64,000 bases of DNA from Paraspadella gotoi (taxonomy: Eukaryota; Animalia; Chaetognatha), in assembly GCA_051294375.1 (NCBI GenBank), contig CM119268.1, positions 15,921,528 to 15,985,527 of the forward strand, written 5' to 3'. Below the pieces are notes generated by a model. That model saw nothing but the letters and a program-made list of their open reading frames with translations. It was not told the origin of the DNA and did not search any database. Both the position numbers and the translations under genes were made by a program. Below are positions 1 to 14,423 of the stretch, one piece after another; the first letter of the stretch is position 1, and each line of letters starts with the position of its first letter.

Positions 1-69
1 AAGAGAGATATCTGAAAAGAAAGTAGGAACAACGGGAGGGTGGGAGAGAGAGATGAAAGGGAGAGAGAT

Positions 70-3000
70 AGAAGGAACATTTACGGGTTGGTTCGGGTGA
101 GCTGTTAGGATTGAGAGAAGAGAAAGAGATATAGGGAGAGACAAATCGAAAAATGTGACAAGATTTTTAAAGAAAAACCGTCGGAAATAATTTCCCAATA
201 GAAAAGAGATGAAAAAAAAATTAAGTAAAAAAAAAAATTAAATTGTGGAAGGATGAAGAATGAAGAAACGTTTAAAAGTGGGAAAATTATCCCCTCCCCA
301 AAACAAAAGATTGAAATCNNNNNNNNNNNNNNNNNNNNNNNNNNNNNNNNNNNNNNNNNNNNNNNNNNNNNNNNNNNNNNNNNNNNNNNNNNNNNNNNNN
401 NNNNNNNNNNNNNNNNNNNNNNNNNNNNNNNNNNNNNNNNNNNNNNNNNNNNNNNNNNNNNNNNNNNNNNNNNNNNNNNNNNNNNNNNNNNNNNNNNNNN
501 NNNNNNNNNNNNNNNNNNNNNNNNNNNNNNNNNNNTGAATCGTAAAGATCAAGGCTCGAAGAATCACTTCAAGATCTCACAAGATCTCACAGGATCTTTT
601 TCACACAGGCGCCGCCCGGTTTTCTCCGGTCGTCGATGATGAGTCACGAGGCAAAGAAAAAGCCGCGCGTGAATTTTTGTGAATCACATGACCTTTTATT
701 TGTATTATTGATAATAATATCAATGGATTAATTATCGTTGATTAAAGTAAAGAGAGGAAAGGAACATGAAAGTCGTTAATCAACAGAATATTAATAAAGA
801 CGTAAAAGTTTTGAAATTATCATCATTGAAGATTATTCATTTTAAAGCAATTGAGCTTTGATTCATTTTATATTGTTAAATATTTTTATTCGAGACTAAG
901 TTGTGTTTCATTTCTTTGCCAATTCTCTGTTTTATTCCTCTTCACGATAAGATTTTAGAAATACTTTTTCGTGAAAAGCAATTTGTCCTAAAGAGCCTCT
1001 CTACTTTGTCCTTATATTTATTGCATATCTTCATCAGACTAACAAAATAGCGACCTATTTATTATAAACTTTGACTCCTTAACTCTGACAACGAACCGAA
1101 CATCAAACGATATTAACCACAATCTATTCTGCAACTTGCAATTGTCCGACCTCACCCTATCAACACATAATTTTGAGGCGGTNNNNNNNNNNNNNNNNNN
1201 NNNNNNNNNNNNNNNNNNNNNNNNNNNNNNNNNNNNNNNNNNNNNNNNNNNNNNNNNNNNNNNNNNNNNNNNNNNNNNNNNNNNNNNNNNNNNNNNNNNN
1301 NNNNNNNNNNNNNNNGGGGGGAGATCTCACCCTCTTCTTCCCCAAACAGGGACGGGGCCACACCCCGCGCGCGGAATTAAATTAACTTCTCTCTGTTTAT
1401 AACGCGCACAAATCATTCGCAGGGAATGAAGAAGATGAAATTAAAATGATTTGTAATATTTTGAATTCTTCCGCGGCGACGGCGGCGTTTTTCCGCCGCT
1501 GCCGCTGCCGCAGCCGCCGCGACTACGCCGCCCTTGCCGATGAACGGAGGGTTTTTAAAGGTTTCTTTGAGAGTAGAAACTGTGGCGTCGAATACAAAAT
1601 GAAAGTTGATTTGATATTGATGTACAATTGGTTTCAATTCTATATTTGATATGAAGAAAAAAAGTTTTTCATGGGTTACAATTAAAATTGATATCTAATG
1701 TTATATTATAAAAAACTAGGATAGTTTTCATATTAAAATAGTTCCGTCGTTCTTCTCCTAACAAAAATCCAAAGTCGCTTCGGCCGACCAGGAAGCCGCC
1801 GCCACCTCCCACCGCCAGGCGCTTGCCGACAACCGCCGGCCGACAACCGACGCCGCCAAAGAGCGGAAGTTTTAAGCGGAGAGACGGAACAAGAAGTGAG
1901 GAAGAGGCGGCGACGGGGGGAGAGTAAGGGGGTGGGATGGGTAAGGGCGAGGTAAGGGGGAGGGGCGCGGCACTTCTCGACGGATCCTCGCGTTCTCGCT
2001 AAATTTCGTGTCATAATTCTTTTCACTTCGCCGCTCCGACGAATTTCATATTAGAAGGTGATAGGGGAGAGAGAGAGANNNNNNNNNNNNNNNNNNNNNN
2101 NNNNNNNNNNNNNNNNNNNNNNNNNNNNNNNNNNNNNNNNNNNNNNNNNNNNNNNNNNNNNNNNNNNNNNNNNNNNNNNNNNNNNNNNNNNNNNNNNNNN
2201 NNNNNNNNNNNNNNNNNNNNNNNNNNNNNNNNNNNNNNNNNNNNAGAGAGAGAGAGGTTGAAGAGTGGGCAATCAAGACGGTTAAATATGAAAAGCTCGT
2301 GGTTGTCAGCGACAAAAAAAAGTGTATGAGAAAGTGAAATTATGTTTNNNNNNNNNNNNNNNNNNNNNNNNNNNNNNNNNNNNNNNNNNNNNNNNNNNNN
2401 NNNNNNNNNNNNNNNNNNNNNNNNNNNNNNNNNNNNNNNNNNNNNNNNNNNNNNNNNNNNNNNNNNNNNNNNNNNNNNNNNNNNNNNNNNNNNNNNNNNN
2501 NNNNNNNNNNNNNNNNNNNNNNNNNNNNNNNNNNNNNNNNNNNNNNNNNNNNNNNNNNNNNNNNNNNNNNNNNNNNNNNNNNNNNNNNNNNNNNNNNNNN
2601 NNNNNNNNNNNNNNNNNNNNNNNNNNNNNNNNAGAGAGAGAGAGAGAGAAGAAAAAGAAACAGAAAAAGTAAAATTGAAAAGAGAAAGGGATATTTGAGG
2701 AGGAAGCTAGGAAAAGTAGAGAATCGGAATAAAGATGGGATGAAAATGAAATAAAGAAAGTTGTAAAAAGTTCCGATGGATAAGAGGGAGGAAGAAGGGA
2801 GAAAAAGGAANNNNNNNNNNNNNNNNNNNNNNNNNNNNNNNNNNNNNNNNNNNNNNNNNNNNNNNNNNNNNNNNNNNNNNNNNNNNNNNNNNNNNNNNNN
2901 NNNNNNNNNNNNNNNNNNNNNNNNNNNNNNNNNNNNNNNNNNNNNNNNNNNNNNNNNNNNNNNNNNNNNNNNNNNNNNNNNNNNNNNNNNNNNNNNNNNN

Positions 3001-3569
3001 NNNNNNNNNNNNNNNNNNNNNNNNNNNNNNNNNNNNNNNNNNNNNNNNNNNNNNNNNNNNNNNNNNNNNNNNNNNNNNNNNNNNNNNNNNNNNNNNNNNN
3101 NNNNNNNNNNNNNNNNNNNNNNNNNNNNNNNNNNNNNNNNNNNNNNNNNNNNNNNNNNAAAAAAAAAAAACGAAAACTGTTTGAGAAATTCAACGTTGGA
3201 TTTTTTTCATTTTTATGTGTGGAGGAAAAAAAACACACAAAAATTGGGGAAGTTCGCTTTTCCAAGAATCCATATGAGACAGAGTCTATTCAGCTTTTTT
3301 TACTTTTTCTTTTTCTGTTCTTTTTACTTTTGACTTCTAGTTTCTCTCCTGTTTCCTTCTTCCTCCCACACTTTGCGTTTCTCCTTTTTTTCCTATTATT
3401 TTTTTTCCCTAAGAATCTTCCCTAGCCCTCTCTCTCCTTCTCCCTTCTCCCGTTCACTCTCTCTCTAGCGAGCTGTCTCTCTTTTAGAGTTTCTTCATTT
3501 TTATTGCATAAAGGCGAGAAGCCACGTATTTTCCAAGTTTCAAAGTAATTGAGACCCGGTCCCCCGCGG

Positions 3570-3600
<31 letters not shown>

Positions 3601-3723
3601 NNNNNNNNNNNNNNNNNNNNNNNNNNNNNNNNNNNNNNNNNNNNNNNNNNNNNNNNNNNNNNNNNNNNNNNNNNNNNNNNNNNNNNNNNNNNNNNNNNNN
3701 NNNNNNNNNNNNNNNNNNNNNNN

Positions 3724-3757
<34 letters not shown>

Positions 3758-4407
3758 GTGCTCCCGCGAATTTCTTAACACGGGGTCTCCATTTCAAAGC
3801 AAACCATATTTTCGAAAGAAAAGCCATATGGGACCCCGTGAGAGATAGAGAAGGAGAGAGGGAGGGGGAAGAAGCAACTGAAGAAGGGAGAGGGACTCAG
3901 TTTCGATTGGGAAAAAAGAAAAAGGGGATCGAGATTGTAAACCGATTTGGGTGAAAACAATAAAAGAAGACAACTTTGAAGAACAACATTGAGAGTTTAA
4001 ATCAGGCGATGTGATGTCGGGTCGAAAGAACCAACAAAGTGAGGCCGAGACAACCAGGCCAGGATTCCGTGAGTGGGTAGTCAACAGGCGACAGTCGGGG
4101 TTTTCAAAATTAAGACGCGCGAAAAGGAAGTAAACGGCTTTAAAATTCCCCGCAGGTCTCATGAATGTTTCACTCGTAAAGAGAGAAAAAGAAAGAAGGA
4201 GAGAGAGACTAGGAAAAGGAACATTTACGGGTTGGGCGGGCGTGAGCTGTTGGATGTGAGAGAAGGATCATGAGGGGAGAGAGAAAGAAAGAGATAAGAG
4301 ATCTTTCGGGGAGAGCCCCAAATTCGAAAAAGTGACAACGATGTTTTTTTAAAGAAAAACAAAGAAAACCCGCGGAAATAATTTCCCCAATTTAAGAAAA
4401 AGAGATG

Positions 4408-4442
<35 letters not shown>

Positions 4443-5758
4443 CGTTTAAAAAAAAATATTAAATTTTCTGTGTTAAGGCCTATGTAAGGAATTGAAGAGA
4501 AACGTTTTTTAAAAAGTTGGGAAAATAATCTCCCTCCCCAAAACCAAAGATTGAAACCACTTCTAAGAAAGACGAGAGAGAGAGAGGGCACGACGAAGAG
4601 TATTCGAGCGAGAGGAGAGAAAAGACGAGAGAGACTTCGAAGAGAGAGAGAGAGACGAGACGAGAAGAGAGAGACGATGATGGAAGAGATGAGAACGAAG
4701 AGAGATAGGAGATGTGGAACGGAGAGACGAGAACATTAAACATGATGAAAAATGGCTCTGCGTGATCGCCCTCTGTGGGTAAGGCTTTTCTTTTGCCGAA
4801 ACTTTTCTTCACCAAAAACAAAAAGTCGAGGTTAACTGAAAATTCATGGAAATAAGTGTTAGAACGAGAGAGAGAGACGAGAGGAGAGAGGAAGAGAAGA
4901 GGAGAGAGATTGAGAGAGAGAGGAGAGAGAGATAGAGAGACGAGAGAGTGAGAGAGAGAAGAGAGAGAGGAGGACGAGAGGTCGTGAAATCGTAATTAAA
5001 GATCAAGGCCGAAGAATCACATTCAAGATCTCACCGAATCTCACAGGATCTTTTTCACACACAGGCCCGCCGCCCCGATGTTTCTCCGGTCGTCCGCATT
5101 GCATGAATTCACATGGACCTTATTTTGCTATTATGATATTATATCAATGGATTAAAATTTATTCGTTGATTAAGAGAAAGGAAAGGAACCAAATGAAAGT
5201 CGTTATCAACCAGAAATATTAATTTACAAAAGAATCGGTAAAAGTTTTTGAAATTATTCATCATTGAAGATCTATTCATTATTTTTAAGCAAAAATGAGC
5301 TTTCTTGACTTTCATTTATTATATTGTTAAAATATTTTATTCGAGACTAAGTTGATTTTCCATTTTCTTGCCATTCTCTGTTTGTTCCTCTTCACGATAA
5401 CGATTTTAAGAATATTCTTTGGAAACAGCAATTTGTCCATAAAGAGCTCTCTACTTTGTCTCTAATCTATTGCAATCTTCATCAGAGCTCAACAAAATAG
5501 CAAACCCTATTATATAAACTTTGGACTCCTTAATCTGACACACGACCGAACATCAAACGATATAACAAAACATCTATCTGCACACTCTGCATATTGTCGA
5601 CACACCTATCAAACACATATCTTGAGCCGGTTCTGCGGAGATTTTTTTCCTCATTTTCTAATCCCTCCACCCTACTTAACGACCGCCCCTTCCTGAAACC
5701 ATACATACAAAGAGTTCAATCTCCTCTCTCTAATCTCTCTCTCTCTCTCTCTCCTCTC

Positions 5759-5808
<50 letters not shown>

Positions 5809-6729
5809 CGTCACTCTTCATCGCCTCAAAAAAATTGGTTGGTTTTGTTCTTAATCGGAAAACCTCTCGTTTTCGTCGAAGGAGGTTCGGTTTGGGGGAA
5901 GAAGGAAGGGATAGGGGGTAGCGGAGGTATTGGGGAGATAAGAAGGGAACGGGGGGAGATCTCACCCCTCTTCCCCAAAAGGACGGGGCCGCACCCCCGC
6001 GCGGAAAATTAAAATTAAACTTCTCTCTGTTTCTATAACGCGCACAAATCATTCGCAGGAATTGAAGAAGATGAAATTAAAATGATTTGTAATATTTTGA
6101 ATTCTTCCGCGGCGACGGCGGCGTTTTCTCTGCCGCTGCCGCTGCCGCAGCCGCCGCGATTACGCCGCCCTTGCCGATGAACGGAGGGTTTTTTAAAGGT
6201 TCTCTTTGAGAGTAGAAACTGTGGCGTCGAATACAAAAATGAAAGTTGATTTTATATTGATGTACATTGGTTTCATATTCTATATTTGATATGAAGAAAA
6301 AAGTTTTTCATGGTTAAAATTAATAATTGATATCTAATCTGTTATATTATAAAAAAAAGGATAGATAGTTTTCATATTAAAATAGTTCCGTCGTTCTTTC
6401 TCCTAACAAAAATCCAAAGTCGCTTCGGCCGACCAGGAAGCCGCCGCCACCCCTCCCACCGCCAGGCGCTTGCCGACAAACCGCCCGGCCGACAACCGAC
6501 GCCGCCAAACAATAGCGGAAGTTTTAAGCGCGAGAGACGGAACAAGAAGTGAGGATAGAGGCGGCGACGGGGGAGAGTAAGGGGTGGGATGGTAAGGGCG
6601 AGTGTAAGGGGAGGGGCGCGGCACTTCTCGAACGGATCCTCGCGTTCTCGCTAAATTTTCGTGTCATAATTCTTTTCACTTCGCCCGCTCCGACGATTTC
6701 AATATTAGAAGTGATAGGGGAGAGAGAAG

Positions 6730-6775
<46 letters not shown>

Positions 6776-6957
6776 GAGAGAGAGAGAGATGAGAGAGAGT
6801 GAGAGGTGTGGAGTGGGCAATCAAGACGGTTAAATATGAAAGCTCGTGGTTGTCAAGCGACAAAAAAAGTGTATGAGAAAGTGAATTATTTTTGAAGAAA
6901 GTTAATATAAAAAGCTTTGATTAACAGAGAATGGAGAGAATATAAAAATAAAATTAA

Positions 6958-6992
<35 letters not shown>

Positions 6993-7047
6993 AGATGAAG
7001 AGAGAGAGAGGAGAGAGAGAGAGAAAGGAGAGAGAGAAGAGAGAAAA

Positions 7048-7101
<54 letters not shown>

Positions 7102-7387
7102 AGAAAAAGAAACAGAAAAGTAAAATTTAAAAGAGAAAGGGATATTTGAGGAGGAAGGCTAGGAAAAGTAGAGAATCGGGATAAGATGGGATGAAAATGA
7201 AATAAAGAAAGTTGTAAAAAGTTCCGTGATAAGAGGGAGGAAGAAGGGAGAAAAAGGAAGTCAAGTTTTTTTTTGTTAAAACCAAAAAAAAGAAAACCTG
7301 AAAAGGGATAACGGAATTAAAGGTGTTAGAAAATTCAAGAGTTGCTCTCAATGAGAGAAAGTAGAGAGAGAGAGAGAGAGAAGAGAC

Positions 7388-7451
<64 letters not shown>

Positions 7452-8051
7452 CTATATAATACAGATTAGAAGCGCAGATTGTGTCCGGCGCTTTTTTTTT
7501 CCTCTTTTTTTTTTTTCCATCTTTAACTTTCTCGCGAATTTCGTTGCATTTTGAAAATCGGTTTTTTGCGAAAAAAAAAAAACAAAAAAAAAAAAAAAAT
7601 ACGAAAACTGTTTGAGAAATCAACGTTGGATTTTTTTTCATTTTTTATGTGTGGAGGATAAAAAAAACACACAAAAATTGGGGAAGTTCGTTTTCCAAGA
7701 ATCCATATGAGACAGAGTCTATCAGCTTTTTTTTTTACTTTCTTCATCTTGTTCTCTTTTTTACTTTTGTTTCTTAGTTTCTCCTCTGTTTCCTTCTCCT
7801 CCCCAGCACTTTGCGTTTCTCCTTTTTTCCTTATTATTTTTCCTCAAGAATCTTCCCTAGCCTCCTCTCTCCCTTCTCCCTTCTCCACGTTCACTCTCTC
7901 TCTAGCGAGCTGTCTCTCTTTTAGAGTCTTCTTCATTTTATTGCATAAAGGCGAGAAGCCACGTATTTCCAATTTCAAAGTAATTGAGACCCGGTCCCCA
8001 CCGCAAGGGAAGAGAGAGAGAAAGAGAGAGAGAGAAGAAGAGAGAAGAAAG

Positions 8052-8083
<32 letters not shown>

Positions 8084-8650
8084 AGGAGAGAGAGAGAGTG
8101 AGGGAGGGAGAAGAGAGAGAGAGATAGAGACGAGAGAGAGAGAGAAGATAGGAGAGAGAGAGGAGAGAAGAGTAGAGGTCTCCGCGAATTTCTTAACCAA
8201 CAGGGATCTCCATTTCAAAGAACGCATATTTTCGAAGAAAAAAGCCATATGGGACCCGTGAGAGATATAGAGAAGGGGGAGAGGGAGCATGGGGAAGAAG
8301 CAACTGAAGAAGCGGACAGGGGACTCAGTTTCAGATGTGGAAAAATGAAAAAGGGAATCGAGATGTTCGTAACCGATTTGGTGAAACAAAAAAGAAGACA
8401 ACTTTGGAAGAACAACATTGAGAGTTTAAATCAGCGCGATGTGATGTCGGTGGGGCCGCTGTGAGCCAGCGCGTGTGGGTCGCAAGAACCAACAAAGTGA
8501 GGCCGAAAACCAGGCCATGGATTCCGTGCAGGGTGAGTAACAGGCGACAGTCGGGTTTCAAAATTACAGACGCGCGAAAAGGTAGTAGACGGCTTTTTAA
8601 AATTCCCCGCAGGTCTTCATGAATGTTTTCACTCGTAAAGAGAGAAAAGA
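70..8650. repeat. Tandem near-duplicate of ~4.2-4.4 kb (copy A ~70-4195, copy B ~4213-8650); probably an uncollapsed assembly overlap
   Basis: The same landmarks recur in order: AAGGAACATTTACGGGTTG at ~72 and ~4216, GAATTCTTCCGCGGCGACGGCGGCG at ~1463 and ~6099, TTCACTCGTAAAGAGAGAAAA at ~4169 and ~8627. Copy A has N gaps where copy B has (AG)n tracts, and copy B carries many 1-nt indels. Confidence 0.9.
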
Positions 8651-8718
8651 AACTAAACGCCTGGACGGGAAACGAGATCTAGAGGAGAGAGAGAGAATGA
8701 AGAGGACAGAGAGAGGAG

Positions 8719-8762
<44 letters not shown>

Positions 8763-9011
8763 GAGAGAGGAAATTTATCTTGCGCAGATAATCAAAGTAT
8801 TTATAATAGCCGTGTTCGTTCGACACGACTTTTTTTTTTCACTTTTCGCTCTTTTCTTTCCGGAAAAGGTAGTTTCCGTTCAAAGTTATTTGTTTGATTA
8901 GAAACGAAAGAGGATGTAATAGCTGAGACCTTACCTTTTTTTTGACGCCACTAAATTACCGCGCCCCCTCTTCTTCACGAGAGAAAATTATAGACACACA
9001 AGTATTCTCTC

Positions 9012-9051
<40 letters not shown>

Positions 9052-9303
9052 CTTCTCTCTCCTCTCTCCTCCTCTCTCTCTCTCTTCTCTCTTCTCTCTC
9101 TCTCTTCTTGCTTCGCTAATTTTCTCCTGTTTTGAATAACTGCCTCCAATTTTTCCTCCCAAAAGATGAGCAAAAACTCCAATGAAGAGAAAGGAAAATT
9201 TTCTTTCTTCTCTTTCTTTGTTAACGAGAGGGGCAGGTGAAACTACCTTCAGCCAAATTTTTTCGGGTAAGTTCTAAAGAAAGAGAGAGAGCGAGAGAGA
9301 GAG

Positions 9304-9338
<35 letters not shown>

Positions 9339-10285
9339 AGGAGAGAGAGAGAGAGAGAGAGAGCGAGAGAAGGAGAGAGAGCAAGGAAAGACACCTCCGT
9401 CTCTCCGACCTTTAAAGCCCGTAATATGTCCTCAATAAATTTTTGAAGGAAAATTGGCCTCCGCGGACCAAAAGGGAGAATTCAGAAGCAAAATAAAAAA
9501 AAAAAAAAAATGAAAGAAAAAAGAAAGAAAAAGTTTTTTTATTTGCGCTCTTAAGTCGAAGGTTGCATTTTGTAGGAGGAGCGAGAAAATGGAGGAAGCG
9601 AGGAAAAAGGTCACTAGTGAGCGAGAAAGGACCAAATGACGACCGAGGAATTGTGATCCTGACTTTGAAAGACGGACGAATTCTATCGAGGACAATGTTG
9701 AATAACGAGAGATAAAAAATATTTGAACAGAACGCGGTTTAGAAAAAAGAGAGGCGAAACAAATAGGTATATCCTTTGTATAAAGACCGAGAGCGGTTAA
9801 CTGGTGAAACAAAGACATATGAAGAATGGAACAGAAAAAATAATTTTACAAGTTCACATTTCATAACAGTCCATCAATATAAATCATTAATTTCGAAAAC
9901 TATTAAATAATAACAAGTAAAACTAATGAAGGAACACGACAAACGCAAACAAATGACTTTGAAAGGACATTGAGACTCTCAATGCTGGAGGCCAACGACG
10001 AATCACTCAAGCGGTTCCCCTCAGTCGCCATCTTCCGGTACAAATCATTCACGAGAGAGAGAGAGAGAGATGAGAGAGAGTAAGAGAGAGAGAGAGAGAG
10101 AGAAGAGAGGAGAGAGGAGGAAGAGAGACAGGAGAGAGAGAGGTCATTTGTTTGATTGGAAAAATCTGAAGTGGAAAAAGTTGCAATATTCGGTGGACGA
10201 GGGGGCATACCGAATGAGAGGGGAGAGAATTTAATTCGTTTAGGCAAATGTAGATCGAAGAGGGAGGAAACGAATATGAAAGCGG

Positions 10286-10337
<52 letters not shown>

Positions 10338-10874
10338 GAGAGAGAGAGAAGATTANNNNNNNNNNNNNNNNNNNNNNNNNGAGAGAGAGAGAGAGAGAGA
10401 GTAGTGTTGATGTCGTTTTATTTTATTTATTATTATCATTTATTTATATTTTAGTCATCAAAGATCAAGTGTCACTTTTTTAACTTCCCCCAGCGAACCA
10501 TTCCACCCCATCTATTATTCACCCTCGAAAAACGTTAGTTTAATTTATTTTAAAAGTTTTATTTTGTAAGAAAGAAAGGGACATCAGCATCTTCAACGAA
10601 GAAGACAACGACAAAGACGATAGCACCTGTTCGCACTTTGCCGAGGCGCCGACGAGGAAGCAGGTGCTTCCATCCTATGTGCGCGCAAATAGAGGGCATG
10701 CGCGCCTTAGCTCGCACGCGCTTGATTCTCGCACGCGCCTTTACTCGGAAGCGCCTTCGCATGCACGCGACACGCGTCAGGAAAAATAAAAAATTTGCGC
10801 GGAGAAAATGAAAATTAAAATCAAAGTGAATCTTGAGTTCCAATCGAGAAAATGAGAATTTTTCGAGACTGGTT

Positions 10875-10977
<103 letters not shown>

Positions 10978-11819
10978 AATTTCGTTTTTAAATATGATTT
11001 CTTTACTGGAATTTTCCACAACGAAATGTTCGTATTAAAGTTCTTTTACTGGAGACAGCGAAGCGAAGCAGCAATGAAAAAAGTAACGAATGCAGAAAAC
11101 ACCAACAATTGAAATAGAAAAAGAAACATAAAAGTACAATTGATACGAAATAGCTCTTATTTTACTTATCGTTTGAAAAGTAAATAACAGATGAATAACA
11201 AAAGTTAAAAATTTATTGATACTGTTTGTTGGATGGATAAAATATACAGAAACGAGACTGAGATAGCTCATCGTTATTTCAAAAGACAAAAGCGGAAAAA
11301 TCGTCAATGTATTTGGTTACCCTTTAATACAGAGTAATAAAAACAAACTCTCTTCCGGATCTAAAATAAATAAAAGACAAAAACACAAAAACAAAACAAC
11401 ACAAAAAAGAATGAAAGGGGAAGAGGAAGCACGAGGTTCCTTCACCTGCATTGACGACGACAAAGAGAGAAAAAATCTCACAAAAGAAAAAGAAAAACTT
11501 AACCTTTCCTTTATTTTATTCTATTTTTTTTTCTATTAATCCTTCAGTTTTGAGCTTTCCCTTCATTCGCCTCATCTCAATAAACCTCTCACTTTTTCTT
11601 TTTATTTTTACGAATTTCTTAAACTTTTTTGTCACATTTAATTTTTTTTTTAATTCTTCGTCTTTTTATTGAAAAAAAAATAAAAGAAAATTAACCCCCC
11701 CCTTTTTTTTTCTTTCTGAGTCAACATCTGCTACTGAATTTTCTTAGCCGATTTTTGTTCCCGCTGTCTTCTTCATTGCCGTCGTTATAATCGTCGTCGT
11801 CTTTCCAACCTTCGTTGGT

Positions 11820-11851
<32 letters not shown>

Positions 11852-12542
11852 AATTTAAAAACCAAAGACGTAGAAAAAGTTCCGTTTTTTTATTTTCTTT
11901 TCTTTTCTTGTCTTCTTTTTTCCCTTCATTTTCTTTCCTTTTTTTTTTTTTGACTGATGGTGATTTTTCGGAAGTAAACAAGGATTCGTCCTCTTTTGAC
12001 GTTGACGCGCGTTGATGCATCTGCATCCGCATGTTTGCAGCAGCGATGCTGCAGCGGCCAACCTGCGGCAGCGATATGCAGTGTCACATCCTCGCGTCGG
12101 AAAAACCGTCGTCCGTGGAAAAACCTCCAGAGACCGAGAAGGAAAAATTGGGATCTTAACTGATTTTTTGTTTTTGATGAGAGAGAAAAGAAAAAAAAAG
12201 TGAGTAAAAAATTCTAAATTGAAAAAAGTGGCTGAAATAGTTGAAAGAAAACTAGTCTGTCTGGCGTTAATTGATGTCTTTTTCAATCGAGGAATGTTTT
12301 TAGTTGACGACAACCAATGTGATTCACTAAAACAAAGTCATTGCGGAGATATAATCATTCAGCTAAAGCATATTCTTCAAAAAATTTTGTTTGTTGGAAA
12401 ATTTAAAAAAAAAGAATACCCATGAATACCCCAAAACAAAAAAAAAACAAAAAAAGAATTGGTTTTTGCTGTTCACATTAGTTTTAGGTTTGGACAACAT
12501 TTTTGGTTTGAGTATTGTAATATAGGCCACACGTTTGAAGAG

Positions 12543-12594
<52 letters not shown>

Positions 12595-13171
12595 AGAGTA
12601 GAGAGAGAGAGAGAGAGAGAAAACTTCTTTCCAAACCCATCGATGCGTAAAAACGTCATTTGCTTAGAGCGAAAGAAGCTAAAAAAAATGAAGAGAGAGA
12701 AAAAAAAGAAGGAAGGTTTTTAGTTTTTTCTCCCTGAGGCCTCAAAAGGAAAAGGGGTTCGTAGCTAGAAATCGTGGGGGGGGGGAAAGGTTCGCTATGG
12801 GTCCCAAACTTCCTCATGCATCATGGAAATGATTGAGCACAAACATTAAGGGTTTTTTCTTTTTTCTTTCGTTTTTCTTTTCGGCGTCATCTTAATTTCA
12901 GTGGGACAAATTACATTATATTTTAATCGTAAAATTTCGATGTTAAATATAGTTTGATTTAAATCCGTATATTCTAACTTGATTCACTTTAGCTCACCAA
13001 CCTCCACACTCCCCTCCTCTTCCTCCAACTTCCTCTTCCTCCTCTTCATTCCCCATTTCCTTATACGGTCCCTGTCCCAGTCCATAAACCAAGCTCTTGC
13101 TCTTTGTTCTTTTCCTGTCACTTTGGATTTTCTTTTGCATGTCAATTAGCCTTCCTGACCTTCGCGAGGAG

Positions 13172-13205
<34 letters not shown>

Positions 13206-14161
13206 CTCTCTTCTGTCTCTCTCTCTCTCTCTCTTCCTAATCCTCACTCCTTACCCCTCTCTTTTCAACATTCTTTTAAAATATACTACCTCTATACGTT
13301 GCAGGACGTAGTAAAATTATTATTGATCATTTAACCTTCCCCTTTTTTTTTTGCATTTTATTGTTAACGCTTTTTTTTTCTTTCCCGCTTTTTCTTTCCT
13401 ATTTTACGAACTAAAAAAAAGCAGCATTTTTTTATTTTCTCTTTTTATTTTTTTTAATAATTTTTCTTTTCAATTTTTTTTTCATCGACAAACGTCTTTC
13501 GAAGCTAAAGTGAATACAATTTTTTTTCACCGTTGCGCCGCGTAAAAAAAGTTTTTTTTCAAAGAAAGAATTAATAAAAGAATTTGCATGTAAACGTGCA
13601 CGCATGGTGTGCACGAACGTATATATGTGTAAAACACATTGTGTATATGTCTTTTATAATTTTTAAAATCTTTTCATCGTCGTTCTTTCACTTCTATTTT
13701 TTTCCGTGTTTCCCTCTTTCCTCGTTTTCGCGTCCCCGAGCCTTCTTCATTTGTATGCTCAATTGCAAATGTTTAAAAAAATCCGAGAGAGAGAGAGAGA
13801 GTCTCAATTCCTTATTTGGTTGAGAGACAAAAAAAAATCTTGGCCAATTAGAAAATCTATTGTTAATTTCCATTTTCTCTTCGTGGCGACGTCTGGAGCC
13901 AAGCGGTCTTCTCTTTATGGCCGCAAAGTCTTAACGTGGGATGAATTCAGGCTCAGGTAGAAAACGTCTCTGTCTCTCCGTCTCTCTGTCTCTCCATCTG
14001 TCTTTCTGCCATTATTCTTTTCTTTATGTAAGTTTACTAAAGAGACGTATTTGTTGTTTTTCTTTTGTCTTTCTTTTCTCTTTATTTATTTCCTTCTTTC
14101 TTTTTTCCTTCCTTTCTTTCTTTCTTTCCTTTCTTTCCTTCCTTTCCTTTCTTTCCTTTCT

Positions 14162-14192
<31 letters not shown>

Positions 14193-14310
14193 TCAATCCC
14201 CCACCCTGTCCAAAAAGTTTTCTTCGCTAATCTTTCTTCTTTGTTTTGAAGATCATTGGATTTCCTTCTCCTGTCAAAAAGAACAAGGGTCAAAAATCTC
14301 TTGGGGTTTC

Positions 14311-14385
<75 letters not shown>

Positions 14386-14391
14386 CTCTCT

Positions 14392-14423
<32 letters not shown>

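Noticed and set aside
1074-1090. TCCTTAAC U12 branch motifs (also ~15277 and ~44551)
   Set aside because: They are on the plus strand, opposite to prospero, with no matching exon.
70-8650. Real tandem duplication of intronic enhancers
   Set aside because: The copies differ mainly by 1-nt indels and gap placement, the signature of unpolished overlapping contigs.
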